This document shows, piece after piece, positions 22,465 to 33,245 of a stretch of DNA of 64,000 nt. The notes under the pieces are model-generated. The model searched no databases. It was not told the origin of the DNA and saw nothing but the letters and a program-made list of their open reading frames with translations. How positions within the stretch are numbered: position 1 is the stretch's first letter; each line of letters begins with the position of its first letter. The stretch is from Rebecca billardiae RCC1528 (Eukaryota; Protista; Haptophyta): assembly GCA_965240325.2 (NCBI GenBank), contig OZ251249.1, positions 496,001 through 560,000 on the forward strand. The letters are read 5' to 3'. Position numbers and translations under genes: made by a program.

Positions 22465-23255
22465 CGACGTGGTATGCAACGGGCAGGCGTCAGAGTCAGC
22501 AAGCTGTAGCAGCAGATCGAGCAGCAGAGACAAACACCAGGATCAGCGCTCCTCGCCGTCGTCCCCCCCCTCATAGTCGCCCATCACTCCATCGCCGAGC
22601 GGAAGCTCGACGCACCGTCTGGCGTCGACGCGCACGCGCCACCGCGGTGGTCGCGGTGCCACGCGTCGTCAGCCGTCGTCTCGAAGTAGTCGTCGTATGC
22701 AGCGCCCCCGCGGGCGCGTGCCCCCGGGCGCACGTGCGCCATGCGCGCGCGGGCGATGAGCATCTTGGCCTGGCCACGCAGGCAGCGCATGCCCAGCTCG
22801 CGCCGCATGGTGCCGAGCAGCGCGCGCTCGGCGGCGGGGCGCGAGGGCGCGCTGAGGCGCGCGCGCCACGTGTCCCGCCCCATCTTGGCGATCTTCTTGA
22901 GGGTGAGGTCCACCTCCGCGCTCCACTCGCCGAACGCCCCCACGACAATCGGGACGATCGCGGGGAAGGTGTCGAGCCGCGCCTCGTATGGGCCCACCTG
23001 GCCCTCAAGCGTGCCGTAGACCTCGCGGTCGAGGAGCTGCAGCTGCTTGCGCCGCTCGCGCGGGACGAGTTCCGCGCGGTGGCGCACCGCACCGTTGCGG
23101 CCGTCGCTCACCCTGTAGCGCGACTGGCTCAGCGAGATGGTCTTGACCTCGAACAGGGTACAGTTGCCGTGCACCTCGGCACTCAGGTCCACCACCGGCA
23201 CGCGCTTGCGGTCCGTGCCGAGCACCGCCTGCGCCTGGGCGGTGGACTGGGCGTG

Positions 23256-23256
<1 letters not shown>
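22462..23256 (-). mobile_element. 5'-truncated non-LTR retrotransposon (RLE type, CRE-like) in (TA)n
   Basis: The reading frame is open from the TA junction (23255) to the stop at 22584. It has a PD-(D/E)xK-like VVDL...FEVKT motif, then AVRHRAELVP, GPYEARL and PIVVGAFGEWS. Flanked by TA runs on both sides. A second copy shares the same 3' end. Confidence 0.8.

Positions 23257-23308
<52 letters not shown>
23257..23308. repeat. (TA)n microsatellite
   Basis: Perfect TA run. Confidence 0.95.
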
Positions 23309-23309
<1 letters not shown>

Positions 23310-23668
23310 TACTCATTAGCAGTACTTAGCAGTAGGAAAAATGTTCAGACAATGAACTTCGATATCATGAATTAAGTGTCAGTGCTGACCCCCGACACCG
23401 CGGGCCCGATACTCCGGCTGCGGCGCCGGCGCCTGGTCGGCCTGCCATCGGCGCCAGAGGCCGCCTCGTCGTCGAGGCCGACTCCACACAGGCCGCACAT
23501 GGCCTGTCGCGAGGCATCCGTCAACGAAAAACTGGTCAGCGCGCACCAGCTGCACTGACTGCCGATGGAGGGTATCCCGCGGTCAAGCGCCGTGCGTGTC
23601 CCGCACGGTCTCAGCTGCGCGAGGCGCACCCGCAGAGCGGGCTGTGTGACGCCCTCCCGTCCGGGGCG

Positions 23669-23983
23669 TCAACTCCGTTCGTTGGATTCGCGGGCATGTT
23701 TTGCTGCCACCTCGTCGAGGACCGCTTGCAGCGCCTGCCGTTGGTGTTGATTGGCTGAGAGCTGCGCATGCGTCTGCCTGCCACTCGGGCTCTGCTCGAT
23801 CTCGTGCCGGATGCGCTCGGTCGGGGGGATGACGGCCTGCATCAGGGCGTACCCGAGCACGATCGGTGTGACAAAGTAGACGCATTGTACCGCCAGCAGC
23901 GCACGCCGATCCTTGATCGGGAAGCGCGCGTTGTGAATCCGCGTCCGAATGCGCTCCTCAAGAGCGAGGAGTTGCCGCAGCAT
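23669..23983 (-). CDS. Small single-pass membrane protein (104 aa), function unknown
   Basis: ATG at 23983. Hydrophobic segment ALLAVQCVYFVTPIVLGYALMQAV followed by a helical C-terminus; protein-like composition. Confidence 0.65.
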   Translation of the reverse strand: MLRQLLALEERIRTRIHNARFPIKDRRALLAVQCVYFVTPIVLGYALMQAVIPPTERIRHEIEQSPSGRQTHAQLSANQHQRQALQAVLDEVAAKHARESNERS

Positions 23984-24201
23984 GATGGCGGGCGCGCGTC
24001 GTGAGAGGCGCTCCCGGCGACGAAGATTCTGGCAAAAAATCGCGCCGCCCGGCGGGGCGGCGGCGCCGCCGTTTGTCGTCATCGAAGTTCGAACCTGATG
24101 AAGATCTAGATCTGGGCTTCTGTCCCTGGCGCGCCAGCGCCGCCAATGTGCCCGTAGTCCGTACGCCGGTTGCTGACCGCGCGGCGTCGGAGGCTGAATT
24201 G

Positions 24202-25605
24202 TCACGACCCCGTCGGTGCCGCGCCTCGCCTTGGCACGGTCATGCCACCTGGCTTTGCGCTCGCGCCCTGCACCCGACCGCGTCCCGCTGCTGTCACCAC
24301 CGGCGCGGCCGAGCCCGGGGCTGCCCATGGCGGCGGCCCGACGACTGTATCTGTGGTGGGCCGCGTGGGACTGGGCACCTCGCTGACTCTGTCCTCACCG
24401 TCGGGCTCTGCGGCCGCGAGCACTGCTGGCACAGGTGTGCCGCCGCCGCCGTGAGCTTCACCAGCTGCGGGCGCCGAATCCACGGCGGCCGCTGGCGCCG
24501 GTGCTGCGTCGAGGGGCTCGCGAGCACCCGACTCGACCGCCGGTGCTGGCCCCGGACTTGAGATGGTCGCGGGCGGCGCGGCACACGCGACCAACGTCTC
24601 GTGCGCGCTCGGCACGCTCGGCTGGCCCTGCGCGCTCGGCGCCGCCGGCGGAGGCGGAGGCGAGTGCGGCGCGGGCGCGGGCGCCGCCTGCGGCTCGGCG
24701 AAGGGCGCGCGATCCGCCTCGAGCGACTCGCGGCTCGCGAGCCGCCAGTCGACGCGGAGAGGACTCGCCGGATCCCTCGGATAGCCGCCGGCCGCCGCGG
24801 CGCGTGCCAGCTCGCGCGCCGAGGGCGGCAGCGCGCTCTCAAGGGGCTCGAGACCGCCCGAGCCCGCGTCTTGCGCGCGCGCGCGCGCGGCGCGCAGCTG
24901 CTTGCTGAGCTGGTTGACCGCGTGCTCGTGGACGGCGCGCACGGCCGTGAGCGCCTCGTTGGCGCGCGCCAGCTCGGCGTGCGCGCGCGCCGTCCGCCCC
25001 TGCGCATCCTCGGTGGCGTGGCGCGCCTCCTGCAGCTGCGCTCGCAACGCCGCGACCTGCGCGCGAGAGCGCGACTCCGCCGCGGTGACCAGCCGCTGCC
25101 CACGCTCGCGCTCAGCCTGGAGGAGCGGTCGGACGAGGCGCACCCACAGGGGAGCGGGCGCGGGGCGGCGGCGTGAGCGCGGGCGCGAGGGCGCGGCGGG
25201 GCCGCGCGCGGCGCGAGCGCGTCGCCGCACCTCGACGGCAGTGCGCGTCTCCTGCTTGGCGCGCTGCTCGGCCTCGCGGATGGCGCGCTGGCATTCGGAG
25301 GCCATCGCGTCCATCTGCACGCGGTGCTTCGCACGTGCCGCGGCCAGCCGCTTCGACTCGCCGCCGTCCGGCCCCTGCTCTGCCAGCTGGTGCCGCAGCG
25401 CCTCGTTCTCCACGCCCAGCCGCCGCAGCCGCTCCGCGAGCTCTCGCGCGCGGCGCGCGTGCTCCTGCAGCACGGGCAGCAGCTCGAGGAGGAGCTCCGG
25501 CGGCACCGTCCCGTCGCCGGTGTCGCCCACGCCGAGGGCGCGCGCCGAGATCGCGTTGACGATGGCCTGCAGGCCGCCGTCAGCGCCCGCGAGGCCCGTG
25601 CCCAT
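24202..25605 (-). CDS. Coiled-coil protein, function unknown
   Basis: Heptad-rich N-terminal half, Pro/Ala tail, and a probable 114-bp GT-AG intron at 25230-25117. Confidence 0.65.
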   Translation of the reverse strand: MGTGLAGADGGLQAIVNAISARALGVGDTGDGTVPPELLLELLPVLQEHARRARELAERLRRLGVENEALRHQLAEQGPDGGESKRLAAARAKHRVQMDAMASECQRAIREAEQRAKQETRTAVEVRRRARAARGPAAPSRPRSRRRPAPAPLWVRLVRPLLQAERERGQRLVTAAESRSRAQVAALRAQLQEARHATEDAQGRTARAHAELARANEALTAVRAVHEHAVNQLSKQLRAARARAQDAGSGGLEPLESALPPSARELARAAAAGGYPRDPASPLRVDWRLASRESLEADRAPFAEPQAAPAPAPHSPPPPPAAPSAQGQPSVPSAHETLVACAAPPATISSPGPAPAVESGAREPLDAAPAPAAAVDSAPAAGEAHGGGGTPVPAVLAAAEPDGEDRVSEVPSPTRPTTDTVVGPPPWAAPGSAAPVVTAAGRGRVQGASAKPGGMTVPRRGAAPTGS

Positions 25606-25813
25606 CGTTGCAACGGACGTTGATTTTCCGCGCGCTCACGACGACGGCAGGTCGGCAGCGGCCTTTGTTTTCTTTCAAATGCTCGTCGTCCGGTAGGCGA
25701 GATCTCAGATCTCAGATGAGATCGAGATCCGGAAGACCGGTGGCCGCAGCAGCCCCGCGCCGCCGCAGTCCGTGCTGAGTCTTGCTGGGCGAGCACGTCA
25801 GCGCGCGGCCGCC

Positions 25814-26617
25814 ATGTTCGGCTCGAGTCGCGCCGAGGCGCGGCACCGCGAGCAGGAGGCGGAGACGAAGCAGCTGCTCACGAACCTGACGAGGGAGCTC
25901 GCGGAGCGCACGTCCGAGCTCGACGCGGCGCGCGCCGAGCTCGCCTCCGCGCGCGACGAGGCGGACGCCGCGGTGGAGCAGGCGGCCGACCTCTCGTCCG
26001 AGCTCGAGGGCGCGCGCGCCGAGGTGCTCGCGCTCGAGGAGAAGCTGCGCGAGGCGGCGGACGGCACGGAGCTGGAGCAGGCGCGGGCCGAGCTCGAAGA
26101 GGCGCGCACCTCGCGCGACGCCGAGCGCCGCCGCGCCGAGCGCGCGTGCGCCGAGTCTGGCGAGCTGTCGGAGCACCTCAACCGGCTGCAGGCGCTGCTC
26201 GACAAGAAGGCGGCGGCGGCGGAGGAGCCGGCGGGCGGCGCGGGCGCGGGCGTGCCGTCGTCGTCGTCGGACGGCGCGCTCGTCACCGCGCCCGTCCCTT
26301 CGAGCGGCAGCGCGGGCGCGCACTCGGCCATCTCCTCGTGGTTTGGCGGCGGCGCGAGCGCGGCCGTCTCGGCCGAGGCGCTCAACGCGCTGCGGCGCGA
26401 CAACGGCGCGCTGGTGGCGACGCTGGCGGCGCGGGACGCGGCACTCGCGTCCGCGGAGTCGCGCGCGAAGACGTCCGAGGAGGCGCGCGCGCGCGAGGTC
26501 GGCGAGCTCTCCGGCCAGCTGCAGAGCGCGCGCGCCGAGCTGCACGGCGCGCGCGCAGCACTCGAGGAGGCGGCCGCGGCCACGCGCGCGGCCGCGGCCG
26601 CCGACGCGGCGGAGGAG

Positions 26618-26653
<36 letters not shown>

Positions 26654-29600
26654 CGTGGGGTCGACGCGGGCCGCGCGCTGGCGCGCGAGCGCCAGCGCGT
26701 CGCCGGGCTGCTGTACGAGGGCGCCCTGCGCGCCGCCGAGCTGGACGACGCGCGCGCGCAGCAGCACGCGCTGCGCGCAGAGTGCGAGCGCGCAGCCGCG
26801 GCGCGCGACGACGCGCGCGCCGCGGCGGCGGCGGCGGAGCGCGCGCTCGCCGACGCGCGCGCGGCGGCGGAGAAGCACATGCAGCAGCTGCACGAGCTCG
26901 ACGACCGGCTGGCCAACGCCGACGCCGAGATCGGCCGCAAGGACGCGCTGCTGGGCACGGTGCGCAAGGGGCTGCTCGCGCTCGAGGCAGACAAGGCGGC
27001 GGGCGCGCAGCGAGAGGCCGAGATGGCGAGGCGGCTCGAGCACGCGGGCGCGCGGTTCCGCGCGCTCTCGACGCAGCAGGACGAGCTGCGCTCGCAGCTC
27101 GCGACGCTCGGCGCGAAGCACGCCGACGCGCTGCGCGACGCGAGCGCGCAGCGCAAGATGGCCGAGCTGTACCGCGCGCGCGCGGAGGGCGCGCACGCGC
27201 AGCTCGCCACCGCCGCCAGCGCGGCGAGCGCGAGCGCGTCCGGCGCGCCCTCCGCCACCGCGTCGCGCCGCGCGAGCGCGGGCGACGTGGACGGCGTCTC
27301 GGCGTACGAGCGCATCGCGCGGCAGCTCGCCGAGGAGGAGGCCGGCGGCAAGCCCACGCCGCGCGCGGAGAGGCCCGCGGACGGCGCGGGCGCGCCCGCG
27401 GGCGCGGCGGCCGTGCCGGCGCCCGCGCCGCCCGCGCCGCCCGCGCCCGCGGACGCGGCCGCGGACGCGGCGGCGCTCGAGGCGGCGCTGGCGGCCGCGG
27501 ACGCGGTGGCGCGCGTGCGTGCCGCGGCCCTCGCCGCCGAGCTCGGCGGGTGCGAGGCCGAGGTGGCGCGCTCGCGCGCGCTCGCGCGCTCGGCGCAGCT
27601 GCGCGAGGCGTCGGCCGCGGACGACGCGCAGCGCGCGGGCGCGGCGCTGTCGAGCGCGGAGGAGACGGCGCGCGCCAAGCACGCGGCGCTCGAGGCGGAG
27701 CTGCAGCGCGCGCGGCACGAGCTGCGCGAGACGCGCGGGGAGCTCGCCGCCGCCATCTCCGCGCACGAGCGCCTCGCCTCCGCCGCCGCCAACTCGCACG
27801 AGCGCGCGCGCACGCCCTCGCCCCCGCGGCTGCAGCGCTCCGAGCGCTCGGCCGGCGGCTCTGGTCTGGACGAACAGACCGAGGCGCACATCGAGGAGGC
27901 GCTGGCGGAGGCGCGGCTGGCGAACGAGCGCGCGGCGGCGGCGCGCGCCGACCTCGACGCCTCGCGCGCGCGCGTCGACGCGCTCACCGCCGAGGTCTCC
28001 GCGCTGCACGCCGGGCTGCGCGAGCAGCGCGCGCAGGCGGAGGATGCGCACGACGCGGCGCGCGCGCACGCGGCCGCGGAGCGCGACGCGGCCGCGCGCG
28101 CGCACGTCGCGCTCGCCGAGCTCGAGGAGGCGCGCGCGGGCGCGGCGGCGGCGGAGGAGGAGCACGCGCGCGAGCTCGACGAGATGCGCGAGCAGCTGCG
28201 CGCCGCGCGTGCCGAGCGCGACCACGCCGCCGCGGGCGCGCCCGGCGCGCTCGACGCGGCCGCCGCGGCCGCGGCCGCGGACGCGACCGAGGCGGCCGCG
28301 CGCCTCGACGCGCTGCGCGCCGAGCTCGAGCGCGCGGCCGAGCAGATCGCCGAGCGCGACGCGCGCGTCGCCGAGCTGGGCAGCGCGCTCGACGCCGCGC
28401 GCGAGGCGCACGCCGCCGAGACCGCCGACGCCGCCGACCTGCTCGCCGCGCGCGACGCTGCGAGCAAGGCGGCGGCGCGCGCGGCCGAGGCGCGCGCCGC
28501 CGCCGAGCTCGAGGCGGTGCAGAGCGCGGCGCAGCAGGAGGCGGACGGGCTGCGCGGCGCCGCCGCCGAGCTGGAGGGGGCGCGCGACGCGGCGCTCGCC
28601 CGCGCCGACGCCCTCGAGCGGCTGCGCGCCGCCGCCGAGTCGCACTCCGTCGAGCTCGCCGAGGCGCTGGCCGAGGCGCAGCGCGCGCGTGACGACGCGG
28701 TCGAGGAGGGCGCTGCGCACGCCGCGCGCGCCGAGCGGCTGCAGGCGGCGCTGGACGAGGCGCAGCGCACGCAGGCGGCGTCCGCGTCGGAGCTCGAGCA
28801 GGAGCACGCCGCGGCGCGCGCCGAGGCCGCTGCTGCGCGCGAGGAGCTGAACGCGGCTGTCGCGCAGGCGGCGAGCGCGTCGCACGAGCTTTCTGAGGTG
28901 CGGCGCGACGGCGAGACGCGCGAAGCCGAGCTTGCGGAGAGGCTGGCCGAGGCGCAGCGCGCGCGTGATGCCGCTGCGGACGACGCGGCTACGCACGAGC
29001 TGCGAGCCGAGCAGCTGCAAGCGGCGCTCCACGAGGCGCAGCGCGAGCAGCAAGCGTCGGCGTCCGAGCTCGAGCAGGAGCACGCCGCTGCGCGCGCCGA
29101 GGCCGCTGCTGCGCGCGAGGAGCGCGACGCGGCGCTCGCGCAGGCGGCGAGCGCGTCGCACGAGCTCGAAGAGCTGCGCCGCGACGGCGAGACGCGCGAA
29201 GCCGAGCTCGCCGAGGCGCTGACCGAGGCGCAGCGCGCGCGCGACGACGCGGCCGAGGAGGCCGCTGCGCACGCCGCGCGCGCCGAGCGGCTGCAGGCGG
29301 CGCTGGACGAGGCGCAGCGCACGCAGGCGGCGTCCGCGTCCGAGCTCGAGCAGGCGGCGGCGGACGCCGCCGCCGAGGCCGCGGCTGCGCGCGAGGAGCG
29401 TGACGCGGCGCTCGCGCAGGCGGCGAGCGCGTCGCACGAGCTCGAAGAGCTGCGCCGCGACGGCGAGGCGCGCTCGGCCGAGCTTGCGGAGAGGCTGGCC
29501 GAGGCGCAGCGCGCGCGTGATGCCGCTGCGGACGACGCGGCTACGCACGAGCTGCGAGCCGAGCAGCTGCAAGCGGCGCTCCACGAGGCGCAGCGCGAGC

Positions 29601-31955
29601 AGCAAGCGTCGGCGTCCGAGCTCGAGCAGGAGCACGCCGCTGCGCGCGCCGAGGCCGCCGCTGCGCGCGAGGAGCGCGACGCGGCGCTCGCGCAGGCGGC
29701 GAGCGCGGCGCAGGCGCTGCAGGCGCTGCAGGAGGTGCAGGAGGTGCAGCACGGGCTGCGCGCCGAGGCGGAGCAGAGCGGCACGCGCATCGCCAAGCTC
29801 CAAGCCGCGCTCGAGGAGACGTTGACGACGGCGGAGGCACGCGCCGCCGAGGCGGACGAGCTGCGCGCGAAGCTCGACGCGTCAAGCGCCGAGCTCGCGC
29901 AGGTGCGGCAGCAGATGCTGGCGTTGCAGTCCGCGCTCGATGCGCGCGACGAGCATCTGCAGGGCGCGGGGCGCGAGGCCGAGGCGGCGAGCGCGCGCGC
30001 GCTCAGCGCCGAGCAGGAGCGCGATGCGGCGCTCGTCGCTCGGGACGAAAGCGCTGCGGAGCTCGCGCGCGCGCTCGAGGCCCGCGCGGCGTTGGACACC
30101 GAGCTGGCCGATCTGCGTGCCGCAGCCGCAAGCCGGGCGGACGAGCTGGCGGCGCTGCGCGCGCAGTCGGACGCAGCCGCCGAGCGCGCCTCGGCCGCGG
30201 AGGCGGAGTGGCGACAGGACGCCGAGCGCCGCGACGCTCGCATCGCCGAGCTGGAGGCGGCCGCGGACACCGCGCGGCGCGCTGCCGACGGCGAGCTGTC
30301 GACGGTGCGGACGGCACACGACGCGCTCGTGCGCGAGCACGAGGACGCCGTGCGCGAGCTCGGCGCCGCGCGCGCGGAGGTGGGGCGGCTCACACACGCG
30401 GCAACACACGCGGCAGCGGAGGCCGAGCAGAAGGCCGGGGGCTTGGGCGCGCAGCTCGAGGAGCGCGAGCGCCGATCGAGCGAGCTGCAGCGGGCGCTCG
30501 ACAGCGCGCGCGACGAGCTGGCGGCGGCGCTCGCAAAGGCGGAGGCGCACTCGGAGGAGAGCGCGCGCGCCGCCGCGGAGCAGGCCAGCGCCGCCGCCGC
30601 CGCCGAGGCCGCCGGCCTCCGCGGCCTGCTGGGCCAGCGGGAGGCCGAGCTGGCTGAGCTGACGAAGGCGCTCAGCGCATCGTCGGCCGGTGCAAACGAG
30701 GCGGCGGCCGCAGAGGCCGCCGCCGTGCGCGCGCAGGCGAAGGCGGATGCGGCGCGCGCGGCGGACGAGATGCACGACCTCTTCCAGCACCTCAGCGCGC
30801 GCGATGCGCGCATCGCCGAGCTCGAGAGCGCGCTGGACGCGGCCGCACAGCGGCACGCGAGCGAGCTGGGCGCAGCGGCGACTGCCAGCGCGCAGTCGCA
30901 GGCGCTCTCGGAGGCGGCGGTGGAGCAGGAGCGCGCAGCACAAACCGTCGCTGCGCAGGCGGCGCGCATCGCGGAGCTCCAAGAGCGCGCCGACGCGTCC
31001 GCCGCCCTCGAGCGCGAGCTGCCGAGCGTGCGCGCGCAGCTCGAGGCGACGGCGCGCGCCGAGGCGGATGCGCAGGCGCGGGTGCACGCGCTGGAGGCGC
31101 GGCTGGCCCAGGCCGACGCGTCGGGCGCAACGCTGCAGGCCGAGCTGACAGCGGCTCGCGCAGAGGCGCAGCGGCTCGCCGCACAGGGGAGCGACGCGTC
31201 CAGCGCGGCGGTGGAGGAAGCCGCGCGGCGCGAGAGGGCGGTGCAGGACGCGCTGGCCAGCGCGCGCGCCGAGGCCGAGCGCAAGGAGGCCGCGTGGCAG
31301 GACTGGAAGGCCAAGGTCACGGCCAAGGTGGACGCCGACCGGCAGCACACAGAGGCGCTGCAGCGAGAGCTTGCGGAGCTGCGCGGCAAGGCGGCGGTCT
31401 CCGCCGAGCCGTTGGCCAGCGCAGACGCCTCTGAGCTCGCCCTCGAGGTCGAGCGCCAACGCAACACGATCGAGCAGATGAAGGTGTGACGCGTGAAGCG
31501 GCAGCCGCGCGCGCACGCTCGTCCGCCGCGCGCCCTCGCGATCGCGCGCGCCCTGACCGCGCATGCCGGTTCGCGCCTTTCTTGCCCTGAATGCCCACAG
31601 GCCGAGGCGGCGTCGACAAAGGAGCTGCAAACCAAGATGCAGGCCGTGCTCGAAGAGCGCGAGGTGAGTGTGTGCGGCAAGCAAGCGCCCTTGGCCCCCG
31701 AAGCGCGCGCTCGCTCGCCTGATGGTGAGCCACCCCGTGCGCGCTGGCGTGACTGTGCACCCGCCTGTGCACCGCCGGCCGCAGGCGGTCAAATCTCTGC
31801 TCGCGGAGCAGGGTGAAGAGCTGCAGGCTTTGCGAAACGCGGTCCCGCACACGTCGGGTATCAGCGGCATGTCCTCCTCGCTCTTGCAGAACGCGCGCGC
31901 ATCGAGTCGCGCCGGCATCGGCAAGCTCTTGGGTGGTGGCGGCGGACAGCAGTAG
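25814..31955 (+). CDS. Giant (about 1,970 aa) Ala/Glu/Arg-rich coiled-coil protein with internal 92-aa repeats
   Basis: Exons 25814-31483, 31601-31663 and 31785-31955. Continuous helical composition with strong GC3 bias. Confidence 0.85.
28652..29706 (+). repeat. Intragenic tandem repeat, 276-bp (92-aa) unit, about 4 copies in A-B-A-B order
   Basis: Units start at 28652, 28928, 29204 and 29480 (ELAE[A/R]L..AQRARD...). Confidence 0.92.
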
Positions 31956-31994
31956 GACTAGGCCGGATATGGGCGGCATAACGACGCACATATA

Positions 31995-32503
31995 TAGGCT
32001 CTGGCTCCGGTTGACCCCTGCCAGTCCGGTCATAGAAACCGGGCGTACCGAAAATGACGATCTTCGCATTCCTGCTACTGCATGCGGCCGAATGAACGCC
32101 TGCGAAGTGTCCCACAAGGCCCCGCAAGTAGGGTTGCTATATGGATGATGGCCAATATATATAACGAATAAGTGCCCAGCAGGGTGTGAAACTCAGTTTG
32201 TGACGTACTACTTCAGACTCTATTTTTCATAGCTATTTACCCAGTCCGGTGACAAATTTCCAATAGCTACGGGTGCATCCGGATCGCTCCCGGACCGTGT
32301 TCTGACCAGAGCCCTGAAATGGGTAAATACATAGTAAAAATAGAGTCTGAACTATAGAGGAAGTGCTTGTCGGCCCATCAATATCGCTCTGAAGTCATCA
32401 TCTAGGCATCCATTGAGGTCCTCCTGTGCAGTTTTCACGAGTGACTTCATGAAGGAGCTCACAGTGCCCGTCTCTGGCAGGGGTCAACCGAAGCCAGAGC
32501 CTA
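31995..32503. mobile_element. MITE-like element with 30-bp terminal inverted repeats
   Basis: TAGGCTCTGGCTCCGGTTGACCCCTGCCAG (31995-32024) pairs with 32474-32503 with one mismatch. TA-rich flanks and AT-rich interior. Confidence 0.85.
32211..32352. mobile_element. Nested MITE with TA target duplication
   Basis: TTCAGACTCTATTTTT..TATTTACCCA pairs with TGGGTAAATA..AAAAATAGAGTCTGAA. TA lies at 32209-32210 and 32353-32354. Confidence 0.75.
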
Positions 32504-32579
32504 TCTATATGTGGGGTTATTGGCTGGCTGCCGCTCGCACGTTGTTTCCGAGGAACAATAATCCCATATACAATGCATA

Positions 32580-33147
32580 AAGTCTGGCATCTCGCCGCGT
32601 GGCTCCGCCCTGTCCGGCGTGTGCCTCGCCTCCTCGCTGCATCTGGATGGCGCAGGCGCTTCGAGGACGGCTACTCGGACGTGGCGTTATAGGGAACCTA
32701 TAACTGAGTGTCTATGAGCGACGCCAAGAATCCGGCTCGCACGGCATTCCTGCGTTGTCCTGTGCGCACCGCCGCGCGCAGGAGTCCTGGTGCGCTGCCA
32801 ATCTATCTGGCCCACAGCGGCGCACCTGCAGGACTCGGTTGGTTACCGCTCACATCGGATCGATCAGGCTTCGCTCTCGGGGGCGCCATGGGGCTGCTCA
32901 CGACGAAGGCGCCGAGCTGGGCAAGGGAATCGCCTGCATCGAGCACTGCCGGGTGCACTCTCCGCTGCAGGAGGTGCACCGCAGTCGCGCAGCCCCTCTG
33001 CTCGGTAAGGTCGCTGGCTGTCTGTGTGGCCCGGCTCCCCGCCTGATCGTTCGGCGGCGCGACGACATCATCTACTGTCTTCGCCGCGTCCGGCCCCTCA
33101 TGCAATATGGTCTCCTGCTCTCGCCGCTGTCGCGTCAACCCGCACGC
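32580..33147 (+). pseudogene. Decayed reverse-transcriptase fragment (CRE-like non-LTR), tentative
   Basis: SDAKN[PART]AF...AARRSPGALPIYLAHSGAPA resembles the DxxNAFN block. After a frameshift come EGAELG (QGxPLG-like), DDII and GLLLS. Ends at a degenerate TA tract. Confidence 0.45.
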
Positions 33148-33245
33148 ATATATATCGACTACAATAATTAATATATATATATATATAGCAGCAGTAGTCA
33201 TGCATATATATAGTTACATATATATATATATATATGCTGATATAT
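33148..33245. repeat. Interrupted (TA)n tract
   Basis: TA runs broken by short inserts. Confidence 0.85.

Noticed and set aside
25712-31680. 1960-aa and 1363-aa minus-strand ORFs
   Set aside because: Antisense shadows of the GC-rich coiled-coil gene; the plus strand has the codon bias and splice sites.
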